Assembly: GCA_963703155.1 (NCBI GenBank)
Contig: OY969796.1
Span: 3,766,325-3,830,324, forward strand
Length of the DNA stretch: 64,000 nucleotides
Source of the DNA: an uncultured Chloroflexia bacterium
Lineage (GTDB): Bacteria; Chloroflexota; Limnocylindria; Limnocylindrales; CSP1-4
Reading direction: 5' to 3'
Position numbers and translations under genes: made by a program. Positions 30,134 to 42,248 of this stretch are shown here, piece by piece. The notes under the pieces were generated by a model. The model saw nothing but the letters and a program-made list of their open reading frames with translations. It was not told the origin of the DNA and searched no databases. Within the stretch, counting starts at the first letter, position 1, and the number at the start of each line of letters is the position of its first letter.

Positions 30134-31081
30134 TCAGGAACCGACGATGTGCGTCCCGGCTCGGCCGTGGAGCGCCAGCTCGAGGTTCCCGGGGCTGGAG
30201 ATGACCGCCTCGCCGCCGCCCCGCTCCAGGAACCCGATGCAGGCCTCGATCTTCGGGGCCATGCTGCCGGGCGCAAAGTGCGTCCCGTCGGCGAGATAGG
30301 CGCGCGCCTCATCGAGGGTCAAGCGGTCAACGAAGCGCTGCGTCGGCTTGCCCCAGTCGAGCGCGACCCGCTCAATCGAGGTGCTGATGACGAACAGGTC
30401 GGCACTGATGACGGTCGCCAGCAAGGCTGACGCATAGTCCTTGTCGATGACGGCAGCGATCCCGTGGAGCAGGCCGTGCTCGTCGGCCACGACGGGGATG
30501 CCGCCTCCGCCGACGGTGATGACCACGAACCCGTCGTGGAGCAGCGCCCGGACGGCCCGCTCCTCCACGATCCGGATCGGCTTCGGCGATGGCACCACCC
30601 GTCGCCACCCGCGGCCGGCGTCCTCCCGCACCGACCAGCCGTCGACATCGCGGCGCCGGAGCGCCGTCGCCTCGTCCATGAACGAGCCGATCGGCTTGCT
30701 GGGGTTCGCGAACGCGGGATCGTGGGCGTCGACCTCCACCTGGGTCACGACCGTGACAGCCTGACGCCGCATCCCCATCTGGCGGAAGTCGTTCGCCAGG
30801 TTCTGCTGCAGCTCGTACCCGATCGCGCCCTGAGAGTCCGCGCCGCACACGTCGAGCGGGACTTCGTGGAGTTCGTGCGCCGAGAGCTCGGATCGGCGCA
30901 GGATGAACCCCACCTGCGGGCCGTTCCCGTGGCCGATCGCGACGTGCCACCCTTCCTTGATGATCGCGGCGATGTGGCCGCTCGTCTCGCCGAGCGCCGC
31001 GTACTGGTCCGGGACCGTCATGTGCTGCGGGTCCCGGATGAGCGAGTTGCCGCCGATCGCGACGACGAGGGTCTTGGTCAC
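30134..31081 (-). CDS. arcC: carbamate kinase
   Basis: 315 aa. LVVAIGGNSL, HGNGPQVG and the amino-acid kinase fold support the call. Confidence 0.85.
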   Translation of the reverse strand: MTKTLVVAIGGNSLIRDPQHMTVPDQYAALGETSGHIAAIIKEGWHVAIGHGNGPQVGFILRRSELSAHELHEVPLDVCGADSQGAIGYELQQNLANDFRQMGMRRQAVTVVTQVEVDAHDPAFANPSKPIGSFMDEATALRRRDVDGWSVREDAGRGWRRVVPSPKPIRIVEERAVRALLHDGFVVITVGGGGIPVVADEHGLLHGIAAVIDKDYASALLATVISADLFVISTSIERVALDWGKPTQRFVDRLTLDEARAYLADGTHFAPGSMAPKIEACIGFLERGGGEAVISSPGNLELALHGRAGTHIVGS

Positions 31082-31151
31082 GCCGTCTCCTCCTGATTCG
31101 CCGCCAGCCGGCCAGGCGGCCGGGACGATGACCGCCTGCCCTGACTCGGCA

Positions 31152-32129
31152 TCACCGCATCGTCAGCGCCATGACGGCCTTCTGGGCGTGGAGCCGGTTC
31201 TCGGCCTGGTCGTAGACGACCGAATGCGGGCCGTCGATGACCCCGTCGGCCACCTCGACGTTCCGGTCCGCGGGGAGCGGATGCATGTAGATCGCATCCT
31301 CTCGGGCCAGCCCGATCCGGCGCTCGTCGGTGATCCAGTCCGTGTACCGCCGCGCGGTTGCGGCTCCCTCCTCCTCGGAGGTGGCCGTGAGCAGCGCGCC
31401 CCAGCTCTTCGCATACACGATGTCGGCGCCGCGCATGCCCGCGTCGAAGTCGTCCATCAGCTCGAAGCTGCCGCCGCTGCGGCGGGCGTTCTCGGCCGCC
31501 TGGTCCACGTACTCCTGTGGCAGCCGGAACTCCGGCGGGTGGACCAGCCGGACGTGCATCCCGTAGCGGGTGGTGAGGAGCGAGAGGTCCACGGGCACGC
31601 TGATCGGCTTCTGGTAGCTGGCGGCGTACGCCCAGCTGATGTCGATCGTCCGCCCGCGCGGATCGCCCTTCTGCTCGATGATCGTCAGCAGGTCGGCCAG
31701 CGACTGGTGGGGGTGGAACAGGTCGCACTGCATGTTGAGCACCGGGACGCGCGACGCCGCGGCCACCTCCCGGAGGTACGCGTTGCCGACGCCCCAGTCG
31801 CAGTGCCGGATCGCGATCCCGTCGTTGTAGCGGCCGAGGATCTCGCCGATCTCCTTGGGCGTGTCGCCGTGGGCGATCTGCGTGGTCCGGCTCTCGATGA
31901 ACTGGGCGTGGCCGCCCAGCTGCGCCATCCCGGCCTCGAAGGAGGCACGGGTCCGCGTCGACGAGAAGAAGAACAGCATCGCGAGGACGCGGTCCCGGAG
32001 CAGCGGGTGCGGGATCCCGAGGGCCCGCTCCCGCTTGAGCTGCATGGCCACGTCGAGGACGGTGTCGACCTCGTCCTTGGTCCACTCCTGGAGCGTGATC
32101 AGGTCGCGGCCCTTGAGCCCGGTCTGCAT
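31152..32129 (-). CDS. YgeW-type (knotted) carbamoyltransferase
   Basis: Block-by-block match to E. coli YgeW. TQIAHGDTPKEIGEIL...GVGNAYLREV, NMQCDLFHPHQSLADL, ISWAYAASYQKPISVP, SGGSFEL...ADIVYAKSW, AIYMHPLPAD and STRTR are all present. Confidence 0.8.
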   Translation of the reverse strand: MQTGLKGRDLITLQEWTKDEVDTVLDVAMQLKRERALGIPHPLLRDRVLAMLFFFSSTRTRASFEAGMAQLGGHAQFIESRTTQIAHGDTPKEIGEILGRYNDGIAIRHCDWGVGNAYLREVAAASRVPVLNMQCDLFHPHQSLADLLTIIEQKGDPRGRTIDISWAYAASYQKPISVPVDLSLLTTRYGMHVRLVHPPEFRLPQEYVDQAAENARRSGGSFELMDDFDAGMRGADIVYAKSWGALLTATSEEEGAATARRYTDWITDERRIGLAREDAIYMHPLPADRNVEVADGVIDGPHSVVYDQAENRLHAQKAVMALTMR

Positions 32130-32142
32130 CGTGGGCCCCCGG

Positions 32143-33096
32143 TCACTCGGCCGCGCCGAGGATGAGCGCGAGCATGCCCATCTTCAGTGCGACGCCGTTG
32201 AACGCCTCGGACCAGTACCGCTGGTGGCGCGTGGCGTCCACGTCTTCGGGCAGCTCGTCCATGCGCGGCAGCGAGTGGAGGATGATCGAGGAGCGCTTCG
32301 CCTTGTCGTGCAGCAGCTGCCGCGTGACGACGTACTCCGGCGGGGTAAGCCCCACCTTGTCGCCCCGCTCGACGCGCGACGCGGTGTAGTCGGCCTGGAC
32401 GACCGGCTCCATGTAGATGATGTCCGCCTCGCCGATGACGTCGCGGACGTCCCCGGCCTCCTGGTAGTCCACGTTGAGCGCGTCGATCTCCGCCTTGAAC
32501 TCGGGCAGCAGGCTCATGTCGGGCGGGCCGACCACGATCGCCTTGGCGTCGAACTGCGACAGGGCGTACAGGATCGAGTGCATCGTCCGCATCCGCATGT
32601 CGCCGACGAGCAGGTATGTCAGCCCGTCGAGGGTGCCCTTCTCGTGGAGGATCGTGTAGAGGTCGGTCAGGATCTGGGTGGGATGCTCGCCCCATCCGTC
32701 GCCGCAGTTGATGACGGGGACCGACGCCCACTTCGCGGCCTCCGCCGGCGCGCCCTGCTGGAAGTGGCGGATCGCGATGACGTCCGCGTAGTACTCCAGC
32801 ATGTGGAACGTGTCCTTGATCGACTCCTGGTAGAAGTCGCCGGCGCGGGTCATCTTCGAATCGGAGAACCCGAGCACCTGCCCTCCGAGGCGGTGCATCG
32901 CGGCCTCATGGGAGAGCCGCGTGCGCGTGCTGGGCTGGTAGAACGCGGTGAGCAGGGTCTTGTCCTTCAGCAGGTCCGTGTTCCGGCGGTCCCGGGCGAA
33001 CGGGCGCAGGTCGTCGGCGACCTGGAAGACGCGGAAGAACTCGTCGCGGCTGAAGTCCTTGAGCGACAGGATGTCCCGGCCGAGGAAGCTTCTCAT
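32143..33096 (-). CDS. aspartate/ornithine carbamoyltransferase family protein (ATCase-like)
   Basis: STRTRLS, HPTQ and HSLPR motifs. 317 aa. The ATG overlaps the upstream stop (ATGA). Confidence 0.75.
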   Translation of the reverse strand: MRSFLGRDILSLKDFSRDEFFRVFQVADDLRPFARDRRNTDLLKDKTLLTAFYQPSTRTRLSHEAAMHRLGGQVLGFSDSKMTRAGDFYQESIKDTFHMLEYYADVIAIRHFQQGAPAEAAKWASVPVINCGDGWGEHPTQILTDLYTILHEKGTLDGLTYLLVGDMRMRTMHSILYALSQFDAKAIVVGPPDMSLLPEFKAEIDALNVDYQEAGDVRDVIGEADIIYMEPVVQADYTASRVERGDKVGLTPPEYVVTRQLLHDKAKRSSIILHSLPRMDELPEDVDATRHQRYWSEAFNGVALKMGMLALILGAAE

Positions 33097-34552
33097 CGTG
33101 CGATCTGCTCCTGTGGACGCGAGGTGGCGGCCGCGACGATGGGCGGTGGCACCCGCCCGTCGTCCCTCCGGACGCCGGTGAACAGGACGGCCACGGTCTC
33201 GCCCTCCCGGACGAGGCCGCTCCGTGTCAGTGAGAGGAGGCCGGCGAGGCCGGCCGTACCGGTGTGGTCGACATCGATCCCAGTCGACGTGCGCCCGAGC
33301 TCGTTCGCCGCACGGACGGTGGCCTCGTCAACGGCGACCGCGCCGCCGCCGGTCCGCTCCATCGCCTCGACGACGGCTGCCCAGTCGTACGTCTCGTCGT
33401 CGAGGATGCCGTGCGCGACGCTCGATGGCTCGGTTTCCCAGGGCCGCATGTACGCGGAGCGGTGCGTCCGGGCATGCGCGAGGGCCGGTCCGGGGCCTGT
33501 GAGGGCGACACGCTCTCGGAACCGCTGCCACGCGCGAACGAGCGGCGCGCACCCCTCGGTCTGGACGGCGTAGAGCCTCGGCTCGCGCTCGATGGTCCCG
33601 AGCACGTGCGCCTCGGCGAAGGCTGCCGCGACTGCGGAGGCGAGTGCGCCGCCACCGACCTGGATCACGACCGCATCCAGACGCGCCCGAGCCTCCGTGC
33701 GGCTGGCGCGCGCCTGGCGGACCAACTGCGCGACCATCTCGTAGCCGATGGTCTGGCCGCCCTCGATGGCGAGGCCGTTCTCGTTGCCCTGGCAGGTGAA
33801 CGGGACGGCCCCATGGGCAATCGCTTCGCGCAGGCGGCGGTAGGTCGGGTCGCCCGTCTCGCCGGCCTCTCGCCGACAGGCGACGACGTCGGCACCGAGC
33901 TCACGCAGCCTCGCGACCACGACCGGGTCCGCCCAGGTGGGGACGTAGACGTCGAGGGGCCGGGCTGCGGCGCGCGCGACGACGGCGGCCGCCAGCGCCG
34001 CGTTCCCGCAGCTGGCGATCGCGAGGCGGCCCGTCACGATGCCGGGCGCGAGCTCGTCGGCGACCAACAGGTCGATCATGACCCCCATCAGGTGGCGCGC
34101 CTTGTGCGAGCCCGTGACGTTCGTCGTCTCGTCCTTGACGAGGAGGCGTCCTGCTGCCAACCCGGCCCGGGCGGCGAGCACCGGGGCCGGCTCGAATGGC
34201 GTCTCGCGGAACCCGTGCCCGTCGACCGCCGCGACGCTCGCGTCCAGGCGCCCGACGAGGGCGACGTAGCGCTCGTCCGACCACCCCTCGGCACGGGCGA
34301 TGTGGTAGGCGCGCGAGAGGGTGCGGTAGCGCGCGAACGTCCCGGCATCGAGCCCCGCGTCCGGTCCGGCGTCGGGGAACGCGAGGCGGGCCGGGTCGAT
34401 GGAGCGGCGGAGGACGTGGTCGATGTCATCCCCGTCCCGCGCGGCCGGGCAGCGGGCGATGAAGGCGATCTCATCGGGCACCACGTGCCCGCACCCAGCG
34501 CAGGCGAGCCGGATCGGAAGCGGCCGCCTGGCGGCTGACCCGCGCGGAGCCG

Positions 34553-34556
<4 letters not shown>
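33093..34556 (-). CDS. PLP-dependent enzyme (fold type II, threonine synthase-like) with an N-terminal Cys4 zinc ribbon
   Basis: TGSHKAR PLP-lysine motif and CAGCGH...C. The GTG start overlaps the upstream stop (GTGA). Confidence 0.6.
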
Positions 34557-36052
<1,496 letters not shown>

Positions 36053-36219
36053 CTGCTCCTCCAGGGCCTCCGCCTCGTCACGGACGCCTTCGGGTCTGAA
36101 CGGGCCGCCGTCCTCGGGACGAACAGCAGGGTCTCGCTCGCGACTACCTCCGTACGATTGGGGATGGCAGCATGCCGCCGATAGGGCCGGATGGCGCCTG
36201 CGGCGGAGAAGGACGGTCC

Positions 36220-38961
36220 GTGGAGTTCACCCTCAACGGCCGACCGGTCTCGATCGAGGCCGCGCCGGATGACAGCCTCCTCGATCTCCTGCGAGGCAGC
36301 CTGGGTCTCCGGTCCATGAAGGACGGGTGCGCGCCCGAAGGTTCCTGTGGGGCGTGCACCGTGATCGTGGACGGTCACGCCGTGGTCTCCTGCGCGCAGC
36401 CCGCGACCCGGGTCGCCGGCCGGACGGTCGAGACGCTCGAGGGTCTGTCCGAGGCGACGCGCACCTCGTGGGCCGACGCCTTCGCGCGCACCGGGGCCTC
36501 ACAGTGCGGGTTCTGCTCGCCGGGCATCGTGATGAAGGCCGAGGCGCTCCTGCGCCGCCAGCCCGACGCGACCGCCAGCGACATCGCGCATGCCCTCGCC
36601 GGGAACCTCTGCCGGTGCACCGGGTACGCGCGCATCGTCGAGGCGGTGCTCGCTGTGGCGAAGGCCCGGCGCGGGGAAGCGACCGACGCCCGGCGCCGGA
36701 GCAGCAGGGCGTCTCGCAGCCCGGCGTCGATGGCTCCTGGCCGATCGGGACGCCAGCGGAGCGGTACCACGCACGCGAACTGGCCCTGGGGGAACAGGCC
36801 TTCGTCGCTGACATGCGGGCGCCCGGGATGCTCCACGGTGCCCTCCGCTTCTCGGACCACCCCCGGGCGGTCGTCCGCCGCATCGACATCTCGCGGGCGC
36901 TCGCCGAGCCCGGCGTCGTCGACGTCATCACGGCTCGAGACGTGCCGGGCAAACGCCAACAGGGGCTGATCGTGGACGACTGGCCGCTGCTCGTGGCCGA
37001 GGGCGAGACGACGCGCTATGTCGGTGACGTGCTCGCCGCCGTCGCCGCGACGACGCGGGCCGCCGCTCGTCGGGCGGCCTCCCTGATCGAGGTGGACTAC
37101 GACGTCCTCGAGCCCCTCACCGACCCGTTCGCCGCGCTCGCTGACGGCGCCCCGGCCCTCCACCCGGGCGGCAATGTGGTGTCGCGGTCCGTCGTCCGCC
37201 GGGGCGACGCGGCCTCGGCGATCGGCGCAGCTGCACACGTCGTGACCGACTCGTTCCGGACCCAGGCGATCGAGCACGCGTTCCTCGAGCCGGAATCGTG
37301 CCTCGCGGTGCCGGGTCGGGCCGCCGACAGCGGATCGGCCGCGGCGGGGACGCCCGCGGACGCCGAGGCGGTGCGCGTCTTCTCGCAGGGGCAGGGCGCC
37401 TGGGAGGACCGCCGCCAGATCGCCTCGTTCCTCGGCCTCCCAGAGCGCGCGGTGCGCGTGACACAGGTCGCCACCGGCGGCGCGTTCGGCGGCAAGGAGG
37501 ACCTCAACGTCCAGGGCCAGGCCGCGCTGCTCGCGATCCGCACGGGACGACCGGTGCTGATCGCCCTCAGCCGGCGCGAGAGCCTGCGGTTCCACGTGAA
37601 GCGCCACCCGTTCTGGATGACGTACACCGTCGCCTGCGACGCGGACGGTCGGCTGACGGCGGTGCGCGCGCAGATGGTCGGCGACAACGGCGCGTACGCG
37701 AGCGTCGGCGGCAAGGTCCTCGAGCGTGCCGCCGGTCATGCCTGCGGGGCGTATCGCGTGCCCAACGTCGACGTGGAGGCGACCGCCGTCTATACGAACA
37801 ACCCGCCGTCGGGGGCGATGCGCGGCTTCGGCGCCAGCCAGGCGAACTTCGCGCTCGAGTCGCTGATCGACGCTCTTGGCCGAGCGGGTCGGGATCGACG
37901 GCTGGGAGATGCGCTGGCGGAACGCGCTCGACGTCGGCGACCGGTTCGGCACGGGTCAGTTGCTCGGGCCGGGCGTTGGCGTGAAGAAGACGCTCCTCGC
38001 CGTCCGCGACGCCTACCGGTCGGCCCGCTTCGCCGGCATCGCCTGCGCCGCGAAGAACACCGGGATCGGCAACGGGCTGCGCGAGTTCGGACGCGCCGTC
38101 ATCCGCGCGGAGGCAGACGGGACGCTGACGCTGTACCACTCCTGGACCGAGATGGGGCAGGGCTGCCACACCGTGTTCCGCCAGATCGCCGCCGCCGAGC
38201 TCGACGTCGACCCCGGCCGGATCCGCGTGGTCGTGGACACCGACCACGAGCTCGACACCGGCGAGACGACGGCCTCGCGGGCGACGATGCTCGGCGGGCG
38301 GGCGGTGGTCGAGGCGGCGCGACGCCTCCTCGCTGCCCTGGGAGGACGCCCACCCGATCCGGCAGCCATCGCCGCCCTGGCCGGCCAGGAGTTCGCAGAC
38401 GAGGTGGTCATCGACTGGACGACGCCGCTCGGGGCCGAGGGCGAGCCCGTCACCCACTTCGCCTACGGCTGGGCGACCCAGGTCGTCATCCTCGATGACG
38501 ATGGCGTCATCGAGCGGGTCATCGCGGCGCACGACGTCGGGCGCGTCCTGAACCCCACGCTGCTCGCGGGGCAGGTCGAGGGCGGGGTGCACATGGGTCT
38601 CGGCCAGGCGCTGACCGAGGAGTTCGTCGTCGAGGGTGGCGTTCCGCGGACGGACACGCTCAAGTCACTGGGGATCATCCCGGCCACGGCCATGCCGCCG
38701 GTCGAGTGCATCTTCGTCGAGGAGCCCCAGCCCGAGGGTCCGTACGGCGCCAAGGGCATGGGCGAGGCCGTCCTCGTGCCGACCGCGGCCGCTGTCGCAG
38801 GCGCCCTCCACAGCTTCGACGGCATCCGCCGGACGAGCCTCCCGATGCACGATTCGGCCGCCGCGAGAGCGGTGCTGCCGCGGCTGGCCGCGAAGGCTCA
38901 CCCCCATGCCGACGCCCGGCCCGTCACGGTTGCCCGCGTCGTCGAAGACGCCCCGGCATGA
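36220..38961 (+). pseudogene. XdhD/MOP-like fused [2Fe-2S] plus molybdopterin-binding oxidoreductase, with two apparent frameshifts (about 36650-36730, and a +1 at 37875-37879)
   Basis: The N-terminal 2Fe-2S domain (CGACTV..., CGFCSPG, CRCTGY) starts at GTG 36220 after GGAGAAGGA. The Mo domain (GTPAERYH...PGMLHG...) is in another frame with no start codon near its conserved N-terminus. The C-terminal part (AERVGIDGWEMRWRNAL...) is in a third frame after cttggcc. Confidence 0.65.
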
Positions 38962-39993
38962 CGCCGCTCGGCCCCGCCGTCACGCCGGGTCTTGTCGACG
39001 CCCACCACCACCTCTACTCGGCCCTCGCCCGCGGGATGCCCGCGCCCCGGACCACGCCGACAACGTTCCGCGGCATCCTCGAGCAGGTCTGGTGGCGCCT
39101 CGACCGCGCGCTCGACCTCGAGATGATCGCCGCGTCGGCCCGGCTGGGAGCCCTCGAGGCCCTCGAATCCGGGACCACCGCGATTGTGGACCATCACGAG
39201 TCGCCGAACGCGATTGAGGGGTCCCTCTCGATCATCGCCGACGCCTGTGCCGAGGTAGGCGTCCGGGTCGTCTGCGCCTACGGCGTCTCGGACCGGAACG
39301 GTGAGGACGGCGCGAAACGTGGATTGGCGGAGAATCGCCGGTTCCTGGCAGCGGGCGGCCGTGGCCTCGTCGGGATCCATGCCGCGTTCACCTGCTCGGA
39401 TGCGACGCTCGAGGCGGCGGCGGATCTTGCCCGCGAACACGGGGTGGGGTGCCACGTCCACGTGTGCGAGGGGCGGGAGGACTGGGACGCGCCGGCACGG
39501 CTCACGTCGCTGGCGACCGATCGGTGGCTGCTTGCCCACGCGGTCCATCTGCCGGCCCCCCACCAGCTCGCTGGCACGATCGTGCACAACCCGTTCTCCA
39601 ACCTGAACAACGCCGTCGGGTACGCACGCCCCGCGCGCTTCAGCGGGCCGGTGGCGCTGGGGACCGATGGCATCGGCGCGCAGATGCTCGAGACGTTCCG
39701 CCTCGCGTACGCGCTGCATCGGTCGGTCGACGTGACCGCGGAGCCGACCACCGCCTGGCGCTGGCTCGAGGCGGGGTGGGACCTGGTGCCCGCAGTGCGC
39801 GAGGACCGGGTGACGTGGTCGTACGAGCCGATCGAGCCATGGCACGTGGCCTTCACGCCCGGGATCCGCCCGCTGCGCGTGGAGATCGGCGGGGAGCTGG
39901 CCCTCGACGACGGCGTGCCGACCCGGGTCGACGCGCGCGGAGATCAGGGCGCACGCCCGCGAGCAGGCCGCGCGACTCCATGCGCGGCTCTGA
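38958..39993 (+). pseudogene. SsnA/chlorohydrolase-like amidohydrolase with a +1 frameshift in gcgcgcgg (39933-39940)
   Basis: Metal-binding HHH (VDAHHHLY), HxH and D motifs. The native C-terminus ...VDAREIRAHAREQAARLHARL* is only read after a 1-nt shift. Confidence 0.65.
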
Positions 39994-41911
39994 GGTGGTG
40001 GGGCCCGCCGCCGATCGTGGCCCAGTCGCCGCATTCTCGCCGCTCCCCCTCAGCGTCCTGCTCCGACGCATCGCCCACGAATGGCGGACGAGACACGCCA
40101 TCTTCGACCTGGCGCCAGGCCACTTCTTCAACGCGTCGGCCGGCCCGGACCTCTCGGTCCGCTTCCTCGGCCGCCCGGCCGCGACCCCGCTCGGCCCTGC
40201 TGCCGGCCCGCACACGCAGCTCGCGCAGAACATCGTGCTCGGCTGGCTCGGCGGCGCGCGGATCGTCGAGCTCAAGACCGTCCAGGCGCTCGACCGGCTC
40301 GAGATCCCGCGGCCGTGCATCGACATGGAGACCGTGGGCTACAACGTCGAGTGGAGCCAGGAGCTCCGCCTCGAGCAGTCGCTCGAGGAGTACGTCAAGG
40401 CCGCGATGATCGTCGAGATCCTCGGCGGCTGGGACGAGCTGGGCCCGTTCCTGGGCCCCGACCCGGGCCCGCGCATCTTCGACCTGTCAGTGGGCTACGA
40501 CCTCGCCGGCATCGCATCGCCCCGGGTCGCGGCGTTCATCGACGGGATGGTCGACGCGCGACCGACCATCGACCGCCTCCGGGCCGAGATCCCCGAGCCG
40601 TTCGCCGCCTGGCGCGATCACCCCTTCGCGAGCGCCGTCTCGGGCTCCGCCACGGTCTCGACGTTCCACGGCTGTCCGCCCGGCGAGATCGCGGCCATCG
40701 CCCGCCACCTCATGACACGCCACGGCCTCGATGTCGTCGTCAAGCTCAACCCGACGCTCCTCGGGCGCGAGCGCGTGTCGGCCATCCTGCACGACCGACT
40801 CGGGTACGAGGAGATCCAGCTGCGGCCGGAGGCCTTCGACGCCGACCTGTCGCTCGAGGGGGCGGTGGACCTCATCGGGGAGCTCGACGCCTTCGCGCGC
40901 GGGCACGGGCGGCGCTTCGGCATCAAGCTGACCAACACGCTGGTGGTCGCGAACCATCGTGGCGTGCTGCCCGCCGACCCGATGTACCTCTCCGGGCCGC
41001 CGCTGCACGTCCTCGCGGTCACGCTCCTCGACGAGCTTCACCAGGCCCTGCCCGGGACGCTGGCCATCGGGGAGGGGAGCGGCTCCGTGGAGGTGAGCTT
41101 CTCGGCCGGGGTCACGAAGCACAACATCGCCGATGTCGCGGGGCTTGGCGTCGCGCCGATCTCGGTCTGCTCGGACCTCCTCCGACCCGGGGGCTACGGA
41201 CGGCTCAAGCCGATGCTGGTGGCGCTCGGCGAGCGGATGGCGGCAGCGGGGTGCCCCGACATCGCCGCCTGGCGGGGGCACCAGGCTGAAGAGGCGGTCG
41301 GCGCTGGGGCGACCGATGCCGTCGCGGGATACGCCGGGCACCTGAACACCGTGGAGGGCGCGCTGCCCTACACCAGATCGACGACGGGGCACCCGCTCCG
41401 CCACGTCGACCGGGTGCTGGCGCGGTGGGACTGCGTGGCCTGCAACGAGTGCGTGACCGTCTGCCCGAATGACGCCTTCTTCCGCGTGGAAGCCGGACCG
41501 GACGTCGCCCTGTCGTCAGCGCACCAGTACGTCTACCTCGCCGAGCTCTGCAACCGCTGCGGCAACTGCGCGGTCTTCTGCCCCGAGGAGGGCGACCCCG
41601 CCGCCGTCAAGCCGGCCCTGTTCCTCGACCCTGGCTGTTTCGCCGCCAACGACCGTCTGGGGTTCCTCCTGGCGCGGGAGGGCGACAGGCTGCTGGTGGT
41701 CCCCGCGCCCGGCATCGACCAGGCCGACGCGGAACGGCTCGGGCGGCTCCTCGACGCCCCGAGGGGCCTCCCCCTCGACCCGCGGGATCTCGCCGTCACC
41801 CGCGGCGCCGGGCCGCCGGCAGGGCACGAGCGACGGATTGTCCCCGTCGAGCCGCGCGCATCCTCCGAGACGCACCGGTGCGATCGATCGCCGAGCGGGA
41901 GTGGCCGATGA
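39980..41911 (+). CDS. Fe-S flavoprotein: DHOD/DPD-like TIM-barrel oxidoreductase with a C-terminal 2x[4Fe-4S] ferredoxin domain (PreA/YgfK-like)
   Basis: Two CxxCxxCxxxCP motifs (CVACNECVTVCPNDA, CNRCGNCAVFCPEEG). The barrel assignment is by pattern only. Confidence 0.55.
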   Translation: MRGSEVVGPAADRGPVAAFSPLPLSVLLRRIAHEWRTRHAIFDLAPGHFFNASAGPDLSVRFLGRPAATPLGPAAGPHTQLAQNIVLGWLGGARIVELKTVQALDRLEIPRPCIDMETVGYNVEWSQELRLEQSLEEYVKAAMIVEILGGWDELGPFLGPDPGPRIFDLSVGYDLAGIASPRVAAFIDGMVDARPTIDRLRAEIPEPFAAWRDHPFASAVSGSATVSTFHGCPPGEIAAIARHLMTRHGLDVVVKLNPTLLGRERVSAILHDRLGYEEIQLRPEAFDADLSLEGAVDLIGELDAFARGHGRRFGIKLTNTLVVANHRGVLPADPMYLSGPPLHVLAVTLLDELHQALPGTLAIGEGSGSVEVSFSAGVTKHNIADVAGLGVAPISVCSDLLRPGGYGRLKPMLVALGERMAAAGCPDIAAWRGHQAEEAVGAGATDAVAGYAGHLNTVEGALPYTRSTTGHPLRHVDRVLARWDCVACNECVTVCPNDAFFRVEAGPDVALSSAHQYVYLAELCNRCGNCAVFCPEEGDPAAVKPALFLDPGCFAANDRLGFLLAREGDRLLVVPAPGIDQADAERLGRLLDAPRGLPLDPRDLAVTRGAGPPAGHERRIVPVEPRASSETHRCDRSPSGSGR

Positions 41912-42195
41912 TTGAGCATTGGTTCGCCGGGCAAGGCTGGACCGCGGTCGGCGTCGCCCTCCCGTTGTTCGCCTTGTCAGGGGGGATCCTCCTGTGGCTT
42001 CGCGGTCCCGGCGCCCGCCCGCACAACCCGCCCGTCAACCGCGCGGGCGTCCGCTGGGCGGCGGTCACATCTGCCCTGATGGGCGCGTTGTGGCTCGTCG
42101 ATGCAGTCGCGGGGACCGGGGGCGTCGTCGTGGTCGGGGCCATCGTGGTGGCCGTGGCGATCGGCGCTTCGGTGCGGTCGCGGTCTCGCTCGTAG
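41908..42195 (+). CDS. hypothetical small membrane protein
   Basis: The ATG overlaps the upstream stop (ATGA). 95 aa with 3 hydrophobic helices. Confidence 0.4.
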   Translation: MIEHWFAGQGWTAVGVALPLFALSGGILLWLRGPGARPHNPPVNRAGVRWAAVTSALMGALWLVDAVAGTGGVVVVGAIVVAVAIGASVRSRSRS

Positions 42196-42248
42196 CGCGC
42201 CGCCCCACAGCTGGCGACGCGGGAGATCAGCGGCGCAGCGTCGCCGGT

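Noticed and set aside
36612-36614. GTG at 36612 as an independent start of a separate molybdopterin subunit
   Set aside because: It lies inside the CRCTGY codons of the 2Fe-2S domain and would add ~45 non-conserved residues. A fused protein with a frameshift explains the data better.
42213-42245. Possible bidirectional terminator GGCGACGC...GCGTCGCC between convergent genes
   Set aside because: 8-bp stem with a 17-nt loop and no U-tract. Too weak to call.
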